Shown piece by piece: positions 8,715 through 15,858 of a stretch of DNA of 18,793 bases. Source of the DNA: Promethearchaeota archaeon (GTDB lineage: Archaea > Asgardarchaeota > Lokiarchaeia > Sigyniarchaeales > SOKP01); NCBI GenBank assembly GCA_019058015.1, contig JAHLWH010000207.1, positions 1 to 18,793 on the forward strand, read 5' to 3'. The position numbers and the translations under genes are program-made. Under the pieces are notes generated by a model. The model saw only the letters and a program-made list of their open reading frames with translations. It made no database searches and was not told the DNA's origin. How positions within the stretch are numbered: the first letter of the stretch is position 1; each line of letters begins with the position of its first letter.

Positions 8715-9632
8715 ATGGTTTATTATTATTGTGAATTCTGTAATAAGAATATAAATATAAAAATGGGTATGCCCCATAATTGTAAAATATGTGGAAATTA
8801 TTTAAGTAATTATACTCTTACATCAGAAGAAATAAAAAGAAGGCAAAAGGAACGGAAGGGAAATTGTAATTATTGTAATGAAATTGTTTATGGAGTTCCA
8901 ATTGATATTGTGCTTAATAATGCCCTTCAAAAAAAAGAATGGGAATTAAAAGCATATCAAAAGAGTTTTGTCTCAAGATTTCCTCTATATTTATGCTGTA
9001 TTTGGTTTATTTGCTTAATTCCAATTGGATTATTTGCACCATTTACTTATGATATAGAAGGAAATCTGAATTTTTATAATCCATTAACTTGGATTCTTTT
9101 TTTTTATACTTGGATATGGTTGATAGGAGGTAGTTATCTAATTTATAGGCAATATAATAAGATAAAATTAAAAACAAAAGAAGAAAAAAAAGAGACAATT
9201 CAAAAACTTAATGAAAAATATGAAAAAATATTAAATCCATTATTTAACATCAAAAACTCTTTTCAATATATTTGCCCAAAATGTTATAGAGGAGTCAAAT
9301 CTAAGCAAGAAATTATTGCCAAAAAACCCAGTGCTAAGGTTATATGTGAAAAGTGTGGCTCTGAAAATAAAATGGTTTCAAGTTTCTGTATTGAATGTGG
9401 AAACAGTTTAGAATCTGTTAAAATAAAGATTAAAGGACGTTCAAGACATATTCCAAGAGATGTAATGACCGCAGTATGGGTTCGTGATGATGGAAAATGT
9501 GTTGAATGTGGTAGTAGAGAAGATTTAGAATTTGACCATATTATTCCATTTTCTAAAGGAGGAGCTAATACAGTAGATAATATCCAAATTTTATGTAAAA
9601 AATGTAATTTAAAGAAATCTGATAAAATATGA
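8715..9632 (+). CDS. Membrane-anchored multi-zinc-ribbon HNH endonuclease
   Basis: C-terminal HNH (RHIPRDV..AVWVRDDGKCVECGS...EFDHIIPFSKGGANTVDNIQILCKKCN). Two hydrophobic segments and the CxxC pairs CEFC/CKIC, CNYC/CPKC and CEKC/CIEC. Confidence 0.88.
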   Translation: MVYYYCEFCNKNINIKMGMPHNCKICGNYLSNYTLTSEEIKRRQKERKGNCNYCNEIVYGVPIDIVLNNALQKKEWELKAYQKSFVSRFPLYLCCIWFICLIPIGLFAPFTYDIEGNLNFYNPLTWILFFYTWIWLIGGSYLIYRQYNKIKLKTKEEKKETIQKLNEKYEKILNPLFNIKNSFQYICPKCYRGVKSKQEIIAKKPSAKVICEKCGSENKMVSSFCIECGNSLESVKIKIKGRSRHIPRDVMTAVWVRDDGKCVECGSREDLEFDHIIPFSKGGANTVDNIQILCKKCNLKKSDKI

Positions 9633-9700
9633 ATGGAGAACTACAACTAAGATTTAAAATATTTATAAAAAAATAATAAAAACAGTTATTTTCACTATGA

Positions 9701-9946
9701 TTATATCAAAATAGTATTTTTACTCTTTTTGAGGATTATAAGGCAAAATGTCCGGTTTGTGAGAAACCATTCAAAATAAAGATTCAGAAGCCCTTCATTT
9801 ATTGCAGTGAATGCAAGTTTATTGTGAGCCTTGTTCCAAAAAGAAGGATTCTTTGTCCCAAGTGTGAGAGTCCACTGCAATTGAAGGTTCATAATCCTTT
9901 TATATACTGTAAGAGTTGCAAGTTCTTGGTAAGTTTAACTGATTGA
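9701..9946 (+). CDS. Small protein made of two tandem C4 zinc-ribbon repeats; no ATG/GTG/TTG start before the first repeat
   Basis: Open frame after TGA 9698-9700: ...KAKCPVCEKPFKIKIQKPFIYCSECKFIVSL VPKRRIL CPKCESPLQLKVHNPFIYCKSCKFLVSLTD*. Confidence 0.7.
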   Translation, partial: LYQNSIFTLFEDYKAKCPVCEKPFKIKIQKPFIYCSECKFIVSLVPKRRILCPKCESPLQLKVHNPFIYCKSCKFLVSLTD

Positions 9947-10132
9947 TTCAATGAATTTCTTGATTTTCATTTTTTCTTAATATAGATTTATTTTTAGAGT
10001 GATTTAATACAATTTTTTCGAATTTTGGAGATAAAATTACAAGAGTTGAAAAATCATAAAGTGGGCCGAAATTGATAATGAATGGCTGGATGAGTTCAGA
10101 AAAGCTCGTACACAACCTACAATTTACGAATC

Positions 10133-10798
10133 TTAGATTTTGAGAACATTTGTTAGTCTCATCAATTCAGGACCTGTTGAAAGTAAACCAAAAATTCCAG
10201 TTGTATCATTTACAATCGCCCCAGAACCTAAATAAGGAATACCCCGATTAATCGTACTGAGATCAACGTGTACCTTTAAATAATTAGAGACAATATCAAC
10301 ATCTTCATCGGTAGAGAGGGGGTGAATACAACAACCATGATTGTTAGTAATCCCATTAGAGCCGGGAAGATGATTACCTCCGAATTCAAATACATTAATT
10401 TCTACATCTAAAACATCTTTAATGACTTTTTGATGGTTCTTGAGAAGAGAACTAATAATAGCACCTTTATCATTACATAAAATCATATTTCCTAATGCAT
10501 TGTCTAATGAGTTAATAACTTCAATCTGAACAGAATCTCCAACTTCTCTTTTTAGTTTTTTAAATTCCTCGTCATATACTATTCTAGGGAGGAGAATTCC
10601 CTTATTATTTAATGCAACATAGACACCAAGAAGTGGAGATCTATTAATATTAATAGGAATTAAAAGATCAAAATTTTCCTTTAGTTTTAAAAGTAAATTT
10701 TGGTCAATACTCAGCGGGTATAAGACCCAAGAATTATTTGCTGCTAAATAGACACCTATAGAATTGACTCCAAAAATTTTAGATTTTATTATAACCAA
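10133..10798 (-). CDS. eif6: Translation initiation factor 6 (aIF6, ribosome anti-association factor)
   Basis: IGVYLAANN, LLGVYVALNNKGILLP, ALGNMILCNDKGAIIS, TINRGIPYLGSG..VND, STGPEL. Syntenic with L31e. Confidence 0.97.
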   Translation of the reverse strand: MVIIKSKIFGVNSIGVYLAANNSWVLYPLSIDQNLLLKLKENFDLLIPININRSPLLGVYVALNNKGILLPRIVYDEEFKKLKREVGDSVQIEVINSLDNALGNMILCNDKGAIISSLLKNHQKVIKDVLDVEINVFEFGGNHLPGSNGITNNHGCCIHPLSTDEDVDIVSNYLKVHVDLSTINRGIPYLGSGAIVNDTTGIFGLLSTGPELMRLTNVLKI

Positions 10799-10829
10799 TC
10801 AGTTCACTTTTCTTGTCTAAATATTAGAA

Positions 10830-11309
10830 TTAGGCCAAATAACACACTACTAGTCCATCTAAATTTTTTGTTGCTCTTATTTTGATTTTTCTTGGGGGTT
10901 TACTTATACCTCGAGACCATATTTTTTCATTAACATCTTGAGATATAATTAAAGCTTCAGGTTTAAAGTGGCGAGTCATAAATTTTCGTAAATATTTAAC
11001 AGATTTTTTTGCCCATTTTTTTCTGGGTCCATGTCTAGCTTTATATAATGGAACGATGTAAATTCTTTCATCGATAATTTCTTCTTCTTTAGTAATTTCT
11101 TCAATTTCTTCTTCTCGTTCGATTACCTCTTCTTCCTCAAATAGTTCCTCAATTTCTTCTTTCTCAGCTACTTCATCTAAACTAAATTCTTCGATTTCCT
11201 CAATTTCTTCTTCCTCCTCTACTACTTCCTCTTCCGTTTCTTCTTTTTCTTCGGTTAATTCTTCCTCTAGATCGTCAAGACTAATTTCTTTTTCCTTTTT
11301 TTTACCCAT
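10830..11309 (-). CDS. rpl31e: 50S ribosomal protein eL31 with long acidic N-terminal extension
   Basis: ERIYIVPL...RKKWAKKSVKYLRKFMTRH...VNEKIWSRGISKPPRKIKIRA. Confidence 0.96.
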   Translation of the reverse strand: MGKKKEKEISLDDLEEELTEEKEETEEEVVEEEEEIEEIEEFSLDEVAEKEEIEELFEEEEVIEREEEIEEITKEEEIIDERIYIVPLYKARHGPRKKWAKKSVKYLRKFMTRHFKPEALIISQDVNEKIWSRGISKPPRKIKIRATKNLDGLVVCYLA

Positions 11310-11326
11310 ATTTCACACCATTCTTG

Positions 11327-11488
11327 TTAACCTTTCTTTAATTTCTGATTTCTCCAATGTCGTTGGGAATAAGGAGAACTTCTTATTTTTGAACGTGTTT
11401 TCATTGTTACCCACGTTGGCACTGAGCGATTTTGCTTAAGTGCTTTACCTCTGCGGAGTTTATGGGCTAAATCTTTATTTCTACTCAT
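11327..11488 (-). CDS. rpl39e: 50S ribosomal protein eL39 (53 aa, not in the ORF track)
   Basis: MSRNKDLAHKLRRGKALKQNRSVPTWVTMKTRSKIRSSPYSQRHWRNQKLKKG*, directly upstream of eL31. Confidence 0.96.
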   Translation of the reverse strand: MSRNKDLAHKLRRGKALKQNRSVPTWVTMKTRSKIRSSPYSQRHWRNQKLKKG

Positions 11489-11526
11489 ATTTATCAGCTT
11501 TAATATCTATTTTGCTTAATTTCTAA

Positions 11527-11874
11527 TTAGAAATGTTTAATCTTAAAATCTCTTTTTTTCGAACTCTGGGTTAATTGCTCTAATAATTTTTTAAATTGTT
11601 CATCAGATAATGGTATTTGACCTCTTAGTCTTCCTGTTTGAAAAAGCTGAATTAATTGTAGCTCAATCATTTGAGCAAATTCTGGTTTTACCAATTTAAT
11701 ATTTTCTAATCGTTGCCTTCCTTCTTGTGAAAGAATTTGCCGCATTAAATTATATTTTTTTAATTCGAGTTCTTGTTGTTGCTGTTTTGCAAGTTCTCCC
11801 TGTGCAGCTTGTTGTTGAATCTGTGATAATTTTTCTCGTCTAATTCTTTCTAGTTCTTCATCTTCGTTACTCAT
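11527..11874 (-). CDS. PDCD5/TFAR19-family DNA-binding protein
   Basis: DEELERIRREKL...ILSQEGRQRLENIKLVKPEFAQMIELQLIQL...LSDEQFKKLL...RDFKIK. Conserved position after S19e. Confidence 0.95.
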   Translation of the reverse strand: MSNEDEELERIRREKLSQIQQQAAQGELAKQQQQELELKKYNLMRQILSQEGRQRLENIKLVKPEFAQMIELQLIQLFQTGRLRGQIPLSDEQFKKLLEQLTQSSKKRDFKIKHF

Positions 11875-11934
11875 TAATTATTACACCCTTTAATTCTAAG
11901 TTTATTGGCCCTGCAAAAAAATGTGTTCAGATTG

Positions 11935-12357
11935 CTACTTTTCACGTAGAATCCAATGAGCAGTTCGTTCTAGAAGCGATATACCTTCGGGAGATACTTT
12001 TCTCCCACCTTTTTCTGTTTTCTCAAGTAATTTTGCATCTTCTAATTGCTGCATTGCTACTCGAATTATTTTACCACTGCCCTTTGCACTGTGTGCAGGT
12101 TTTGAACCCCTTCGATTTTTTCCACTATACTTTTTTCTCATTCGATTTACACCGATTGGACCATACTTCCAGATCTTTCGCAAGACAGATGCAGTTCTAA
12201 TATACCAAAAATTTTCTTGGTCTAAAGGTGCGATCTCTTTGAAGAAAGCGGTCTTCCAGAATTCGCTACCTTCTGGGGGGTTTATTTCTGAGTATTCCTT
12301 TAATTTTTCGGATACAGCTTGTATCAACATTATTGGTTCTACACTATAAATCGACAT
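11935..12357 (-). CDS. rps19e: 30S ribosomal protein eS19
   Basis: FWKTAFFKEIAP, WYIRTASVLRKI, GPIGV, KGSGKIIRVAMQQLE, GRKVSPEG. Confidence 0.97.
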   Translation of the reverse strand: MSIYSVEPIMLIQAVSEKLKEYSEINPPEGSEFWKTAFFKEIAPLDQENFWYIRTASVLRKIWKYGPIGVNRMRKKYSGKNRRGSKPAHSAKGSGKIIRVAMQQLEDAKLLEKTEKGGRKVSPEGISLLERTAHWILREK

Positions 12358-12471
12358 AACTTCTATACTGCTCGAGCAAAACTTGATATTTTATGAATAT
12401 TTTAATTTATTTATTATTTGTAAAAACATACAGAAATTAAAAAATTTTCGGAAATTTTATAATTTAAGATA

Positions 12472-12765
12472 ATGAATCTGAGAAATAAGTATTTTGATGT
12501 ATTACATAGCAAAGCGTTAGTTAATATTGGAAAAAAAGGGATAAATTCTGAAGGGTTGATTAATCACATATCTAAAATGCTCAAAAAAGAAAAGATATTA
12601 AAAATTCACGCCCTTAAATCAGTCTTGGTTTTAATAGATATTAAAGATTTAGCCGAACTGGTCAAAATTAAAACCAACTCTTTTTTACTCGACCTGCGAG
12701 GACACACATTCATCATTTCAAAATATGATATTAAAAAAAAAAATACGCTCCAAAAAATTCCATAA
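12472..12765 (+). CDS. YhbY/CRM-domain RNA-binding protein
   Basis: VNIGKKGI (GxxG), LKKEKILKI, LDLRGHTFIISK. Linked to Rpp21 and S19e as in other archaea. Confidence 0.85.
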   Translation: MNLRNKYFDVLHSKALVNIGKKGINSEGLINHISKMLKKEKILKIHALKSVLVLIDIKDLAELVKIKTNSFLLDLRGHTFIISKYDIKKKNTLQKIP

Positions 12766-12766
12766 T

Positions 12767-13126
12767 ATGAAAAAAAATAAACAAATTATTAAAAAAATCG
12801 CATTATCACGGATAAAATTTTTATTTGAAAGAGCAGATGAAATTTTTCCGAAAGATCAAGATCTCGCAAATAGATATATAGAACTCTGCCAAGCTTACAG
12901 TCGGAGTGCAAATTTAAAAATACCCAAGGAATTAAAAAGACGAATTTGCCATTCTTGTAAGAAATTTCTTGTTCCCGGAGTGAATTGTCGTTATCGAATG
13001 CAATCACGTCGGGGAAAAGGTTCTCATGTGACCTTAACCTGTTTCATTTGTAATAATAAAACTCGTTATTATATTAAAAAGAAAAACCCGAAAATAAGAA
13101 AAGAAAAAAAAAAATATTCTCCATAA
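12767..13126 (+). CDS. rnp4: Ribonuclease P protein component 4 (Rpp21/Rpr2)
   Basis: IALSRIKFLF, LANRYI, LKRRICHSCKKFLVPG, TCFICNNKTRY. The ATG at 12767 just after the YhbY stop is preferred over 12725. Confidence 0.93.
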   Translation: MKKNKQIIKKIALSRIKFLFERADEIFPKDQDLANRYIELCQAYSRSANLKIPKELKRRICHSCKKFLVPGVNCRYRMQSRRGKGSHVTLTCFICNNKTRYYIKKKNPKIRKEKKKYSP

Positions 13127-13142
13127 AGAGCTGAGAAATCTT

Positions 13143-13820
13143 ACGCCATTAATTATAATTCTTGCAGAAACTGGACTTGAATTAATACCTGATGAATTAA
13201 AATCAGAAAAAATCACAAAAAAGAATTATGATCCTAATTATTATCCCTCTATGATCCTTGATAATGCAATATATCATCCAATTATGAATAAACTTTCCAA
13301 TACTGAAAAAAGAGGGAGACCCGATATCGTCCATCAATTCCTACTTAATTCCTTAGGCTCTCCATTAAATAAAAAGGGGCTTTTACAACTCTATATTCAT
13401 ACTATAAATAATAAAATTTTTAAAATTAACCCACGGCTACGGATTCTACGTAATTATGAGAGATTTAAAGGTCTTATATCAAAATTATTAATTGAACGAA
13501 ATATCAAATCCGAAAAAGAAACTTTAATATCTGAATATTCTGACTCCTTAAAAGATTTAATTATTGATATAAATCCAGATAAAATAATAATGCTTTCAAG
13601 TAAAGGAAAATTATCCAAAAATCCAATTACTTTATTTTCTTCAGATTTCACTAAAAAAATGTTAGTTCTTATTGGCGGTTTCCAAAAAGGAATGTTTAAT
13701 GAAGATATTTTATCTATATCTGATAATCTAATTTGCCTCTATAATGAAAGTCTAGATTCATGGATTACCACAAGTAGAATAATTACCTTCTATGAATTGG
13801 CAATTAAATTATATGAGTGA
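13143..13820 (+). CDS. nep1: Nep1/Emg1 rRNA pseudouridine N1-methyltransferase (SPOUT), with an apparent non-AUG start
   Basis: RGRPDIVHQFLLNSLGSPLNKKG, YIHT, RNYERFKGL, IGGFQKG. The conserved N-terminus PLIIILAETGLELIP lies 36 codons upstream of the listed ATG and begins with ACG at 13143. Confidence 0.92.
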   Translation, partial: TPLIIILAETGLELIPDELKSEKITKKNYDPNYYPSMILDNAIYHPIMNKLSNTEKRGRPDIVHQFLLNSLGSPLNKKGLLQLYIHTINNKIFKINPRLRILRNYERFKGLISKLLIERNIKSEKETLISEYSDSLKDLIIDINPDKIIMLSSKGKLSKNPITLFSSDFTKKMLVLIGGFQKGMFNEDILSISDNLICLYNESLDSWITTSRIITFYELAIKLYE

Positions 13821-13882
13821 ATTACCCAAAAATTAAAAAAAAATAGATAATTCTTAATAATATTATATTAAAAATTTAATGC

Positions 13883-13953
13883 GCGCTCGTTGTATAGAGG
13901 TAGTATCCAGGCCTTCCAAGCCTGTGGCCCGGGTTCGATTCCCGGCGGGCGCA
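13883..13953 (+). tRNA. tRNA-Gly (TCC), intronless, CCA not encoded
   Basis: Acceptor GCGCTCG/CGGGCGC+A, anticodon arm CAGGC CT-TCC-AA GCCTG, T arm CCGGG TTCGATT CCCGG. Confidence 0.97.
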
Positions 13954-14040
13954 TTTTCCCCTCTTAATAATCATTCTTTAACATAGTAAAACAGAATGGT
14001 TTATTGAATTCCAACTTAAAAAGATCAACTTCAGAAGATA

Positions 14041-14553
14041 TTATAATTCAAGATACCAAATATACCATCTTGCATATGTGTGAACCAACCCTAAAGGTTT
14101 AAACCAAATTACGACTGAAGTATACTTTGTTATGTCCATAGTGTTCGGTATAGATACTGAAAAATTCCCGATAAAATATGGTAATAAACCCAAATCAACA
14201 AATTCCCCAAGGTCATATGGCGGTGGTTGTTTAAAACTCGTCTGATTAGAAAGAACAACGTAACATTCTGGCTTATAATCAATAAATACATCAACAAAAT
14301 AAATTGAATAATTTCCTCCTGGTAATCTTACTAACCAAACATCTCCATGATGAGTATCATCTGAAAGCATTATTTTAAGTGAACCCTTTACTATCCATTC
14401 TGCATCTGGATCAAATTCCTCATATGTTGTACTAATTTGAAGAACCATGAAAATAGAAACACAAATCACAGGTACAATAATTACGACAATTATCAAGGAA
14501 TTTCTATATTTTTTGTTTTTAAAAGAAAATTTTGATGACTCTTTTTCCACCAT
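14041..14553 (-). CDS. Membrane-anchored DM13-like domain protein
   Basis: N-terminal TM (LIIVVIIVPVICVSIFMVL). PECYVVLS, VDLGLL..FIGNFSVSIP..MDITKYTSVVIW resemble the DM13 consensus. Confidence 0.72.
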   Translation of the reverse strand: MVEKESSKFSFKNKKYRNSLIIVVIIVPVICVSIFMVLQISTTYEEFDPDAEWIVKGSLKIMLSDDTHHGDVWLVRLPGGNYSIYFVDVFIDYKPECYVVLSNQTSFKQPPPYDLGEFVDLGLLPYFIGNFSVSIPNTMDITKYTSVVIWFKPLGLVHTYARWYIWYLEL

Positions 14554-14759
14554 TTGAATTTTACTCTTTTTAATATAAAACTGTATGAATCTATTTACAA
14601 TGTTTTCTTATTTAAATCTTTAAATTTAAAGCTACTAGACAATAAAAATCAAATAATTCTATTATTATCAAAAGAAAGAAAAAAGAAAATTTATCAATTA
14701 AAAAATATATTAAAAATTATTAAAAGAAGAAAAAAAATATCAAAGCCAAGGTGGCGTAG

Positions 14760-14788
14760 AATGCCGCTCAAATAGGGCACATACGTAA
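14760..14788 (+). other. tRNA intron 1 (29 nt, D-loop, position 15/16)
   Basis: Central helix GCGT/ACGT, bulges AG^A and AA^C, intron-side helix ATG/CAT. Confidence 0.82.
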
Positions 14789-14804
14789 CCCGGGAACGCA
14801 CCAG

Positions 14805-14825
14805 ATTTGTTTAAACAAAGGTGAT
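14805..14825 (+). other. tRNA intron 2 (21 nt, anticodon stem, position 30/31)
   Basis: Central helix CACC/GGTG, bulges AG^A and AT^A, intron hairpin TTTGT-TTAA-ACAAA. Confidence 0.88.
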
Positions 14826-14847
14826 ACTGAAGATCTGGGTATCGGGG

Positions 14848-14877
14848 AAAAGTTTCCGCCTCGGAGGCTTTCCGAAA
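14848..14877 (+). other. tRNA intron 3 (30 nt, T stem, position 52/53)
   Basis: Central helix TCGG/CCGA, bulges GG^A and AA^G, 10-bp intron hairpin AAAGTTTCCG/CGGAGGCTTT. Confidence 0.88.
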
Positions 14878-14940
14878 GTTCAAATCCCCTCCTTGGCAAA
14901 AAATCATCTGAATTATTCTTTTTTGAAAATCAAATGATTA

Positions 14941-15858
14941 TTATAAATCATTATAATAATGTGGTTTATTTTTACGAATTTCATTAATTTTTTTTCTTAA
15001 CATATAACTTTTAAAATTTAAAAATTTTTGATACAACTCAGTAGTATTAGGACCTCTGCCATTTTCCTCATAAAATTTATCTATATAATCATAAACATTT
15101 TGATGTTTGTTATCATCTTCCGCATAAAGATCTTCTTGTCTTAATTTCTCTATAATTTGAGATTTAATTTCAGGAAGTTTTACAATGAAATCTCTAAAAT
15201 CCCTAGTAATGATATCTTGATATATAGCCTTAGATTTGGGATTTTGATTTTCAAAATCTTTTTTATATTTATCTAATATTTTATTTGTTAATTTTATATC
15301 TTCATACTTTAAATTTCCACTTAAAGTATTAATTATTTGATTTCTTTCCAAATTTTGTCGAATTTCTATGGGTTTATTAGAAATTTCATGAATTTGCTTA
15401 TTAATATTTATTTTTCTTTGTTGCTCAATATCATACTTTTGAATTATTTTTTCTATATTTCCAAATTCTTGATGCTTTGCCAATAGTGTTCCTTGGTGAA
15501 TCTTTCCTTCTTCATCTAATTTTAATTTTCCATCCGTATTAGGTAAATTATTTATATCTACAATATAGGATTTACCAGTATCTTGATTAAATACCGCAAT
15601 AAAATCAACTTGACCTTTATAATTGACCCTGGAGGTGTCAGATTTTTGAACGGAAGCTTCAAATCTCACATATCTATTATCTTTTTCATGATAAGTCCTG
15701 CCAGTTTTAACTTGAACAGTATAAAATTTCCTTTCCTTTTTTATAGCTAAATCATATCTTTCATTGCCAGTAATTGGAGTTAATACATTATAGCCATTTT
15801 TTATAAATTCCTTAGCAATTCTCATTTCATTTATTTCACCAATATATCTTGCAGATTC
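14941..15858 (-). CDS. PD-(D/E)xK endonuclease of the group I intron-associated (PDDEXK_5, I-Ssp6803I-like) family with long C-terminal extension; 5' end clipped
   Basis: IGEINEMRIAKEFIKNGYNVLTPITGNERYDL...TVQVKTG...YKGQVDFIAVF. The conserved G-E-x2-E helix lies upstream of the listed ATG (15825), and no other start codon is in frame. Confidence 0.8.
   Translation of the reverse strand, partial: ESARYIGEINEMRIAKEFIKNGYNVLTPITGNERYDLAIKKERKFYTVQVKTGRTYHEKDNRYVRFEASVQKSDTSRVNYKGQVDFIAVFNQDTGKSYIVDINNLPNTDGKLKLDEEGKIHQGTLLAKHQEFGNIEKIIQKYDIEQQRKININKQIHEISNKPIEIRQNLERNQIINTLSGNLKYEDIKLTNKILDKYKKDFENQNPKSKAIYQDIITRDFRDFIVKLPEIKSQIIEKLRQEDLYAEDDNKHQNVYDYIDKFYEENGRGPNTTELYQKFLNFKSYMLRKKINEIRKNKPHYYNDL

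Larger units (their letters stand above)
14745..14898 (+). tRNA. tRNA-Phe (GAA) with three BHB introns
   Basis: Removing 14760-14788, 14805-14825 and 14848-14877 gives a 74-nt cloverleaf: GCCAAGG TG GCGT AGCCCGGGA ACGC A CCAGA CTGAAGA TCTGG GTATC GGGGG TTCAAAT CCCCT CCTTGGC A. Confidence 0.93.

Noticed and set aside
9701-9892. ORF 9701..9892 (-) as ribosomal protein LX/L18a
   Set aside because: Position fits but there is no LX similarity. It is the shadow of the plus-strand zinc-ribbon repeat.
10060-10136. Possible C/D box sRNA
   Set aside because: No proper RUGAUGA/CUGA pair. It could equally be a short coding remnant (WAEIDNEWLDEFRKAR).
12789-13651. Minus-strand ORFs 12789..13007, 13034..13216 and 13454..13651
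   Set aside because: Antisense to rnp4 and nep1.
14554-14775. ORF 14554..14775 (+)
   Set aside because: AT-rich promoter DNA running into the tRNA-Phe gene.
14745-14898. Reading this element as tRNA-Sec, tRNA-Leu(TAA) or a novel ncRNA
   Set aside because: The TTTAAAC loop belongs to intron 2. A 7-bp acceptor stem, short variable loop and GAA anticodon emerge after BHB splicing.
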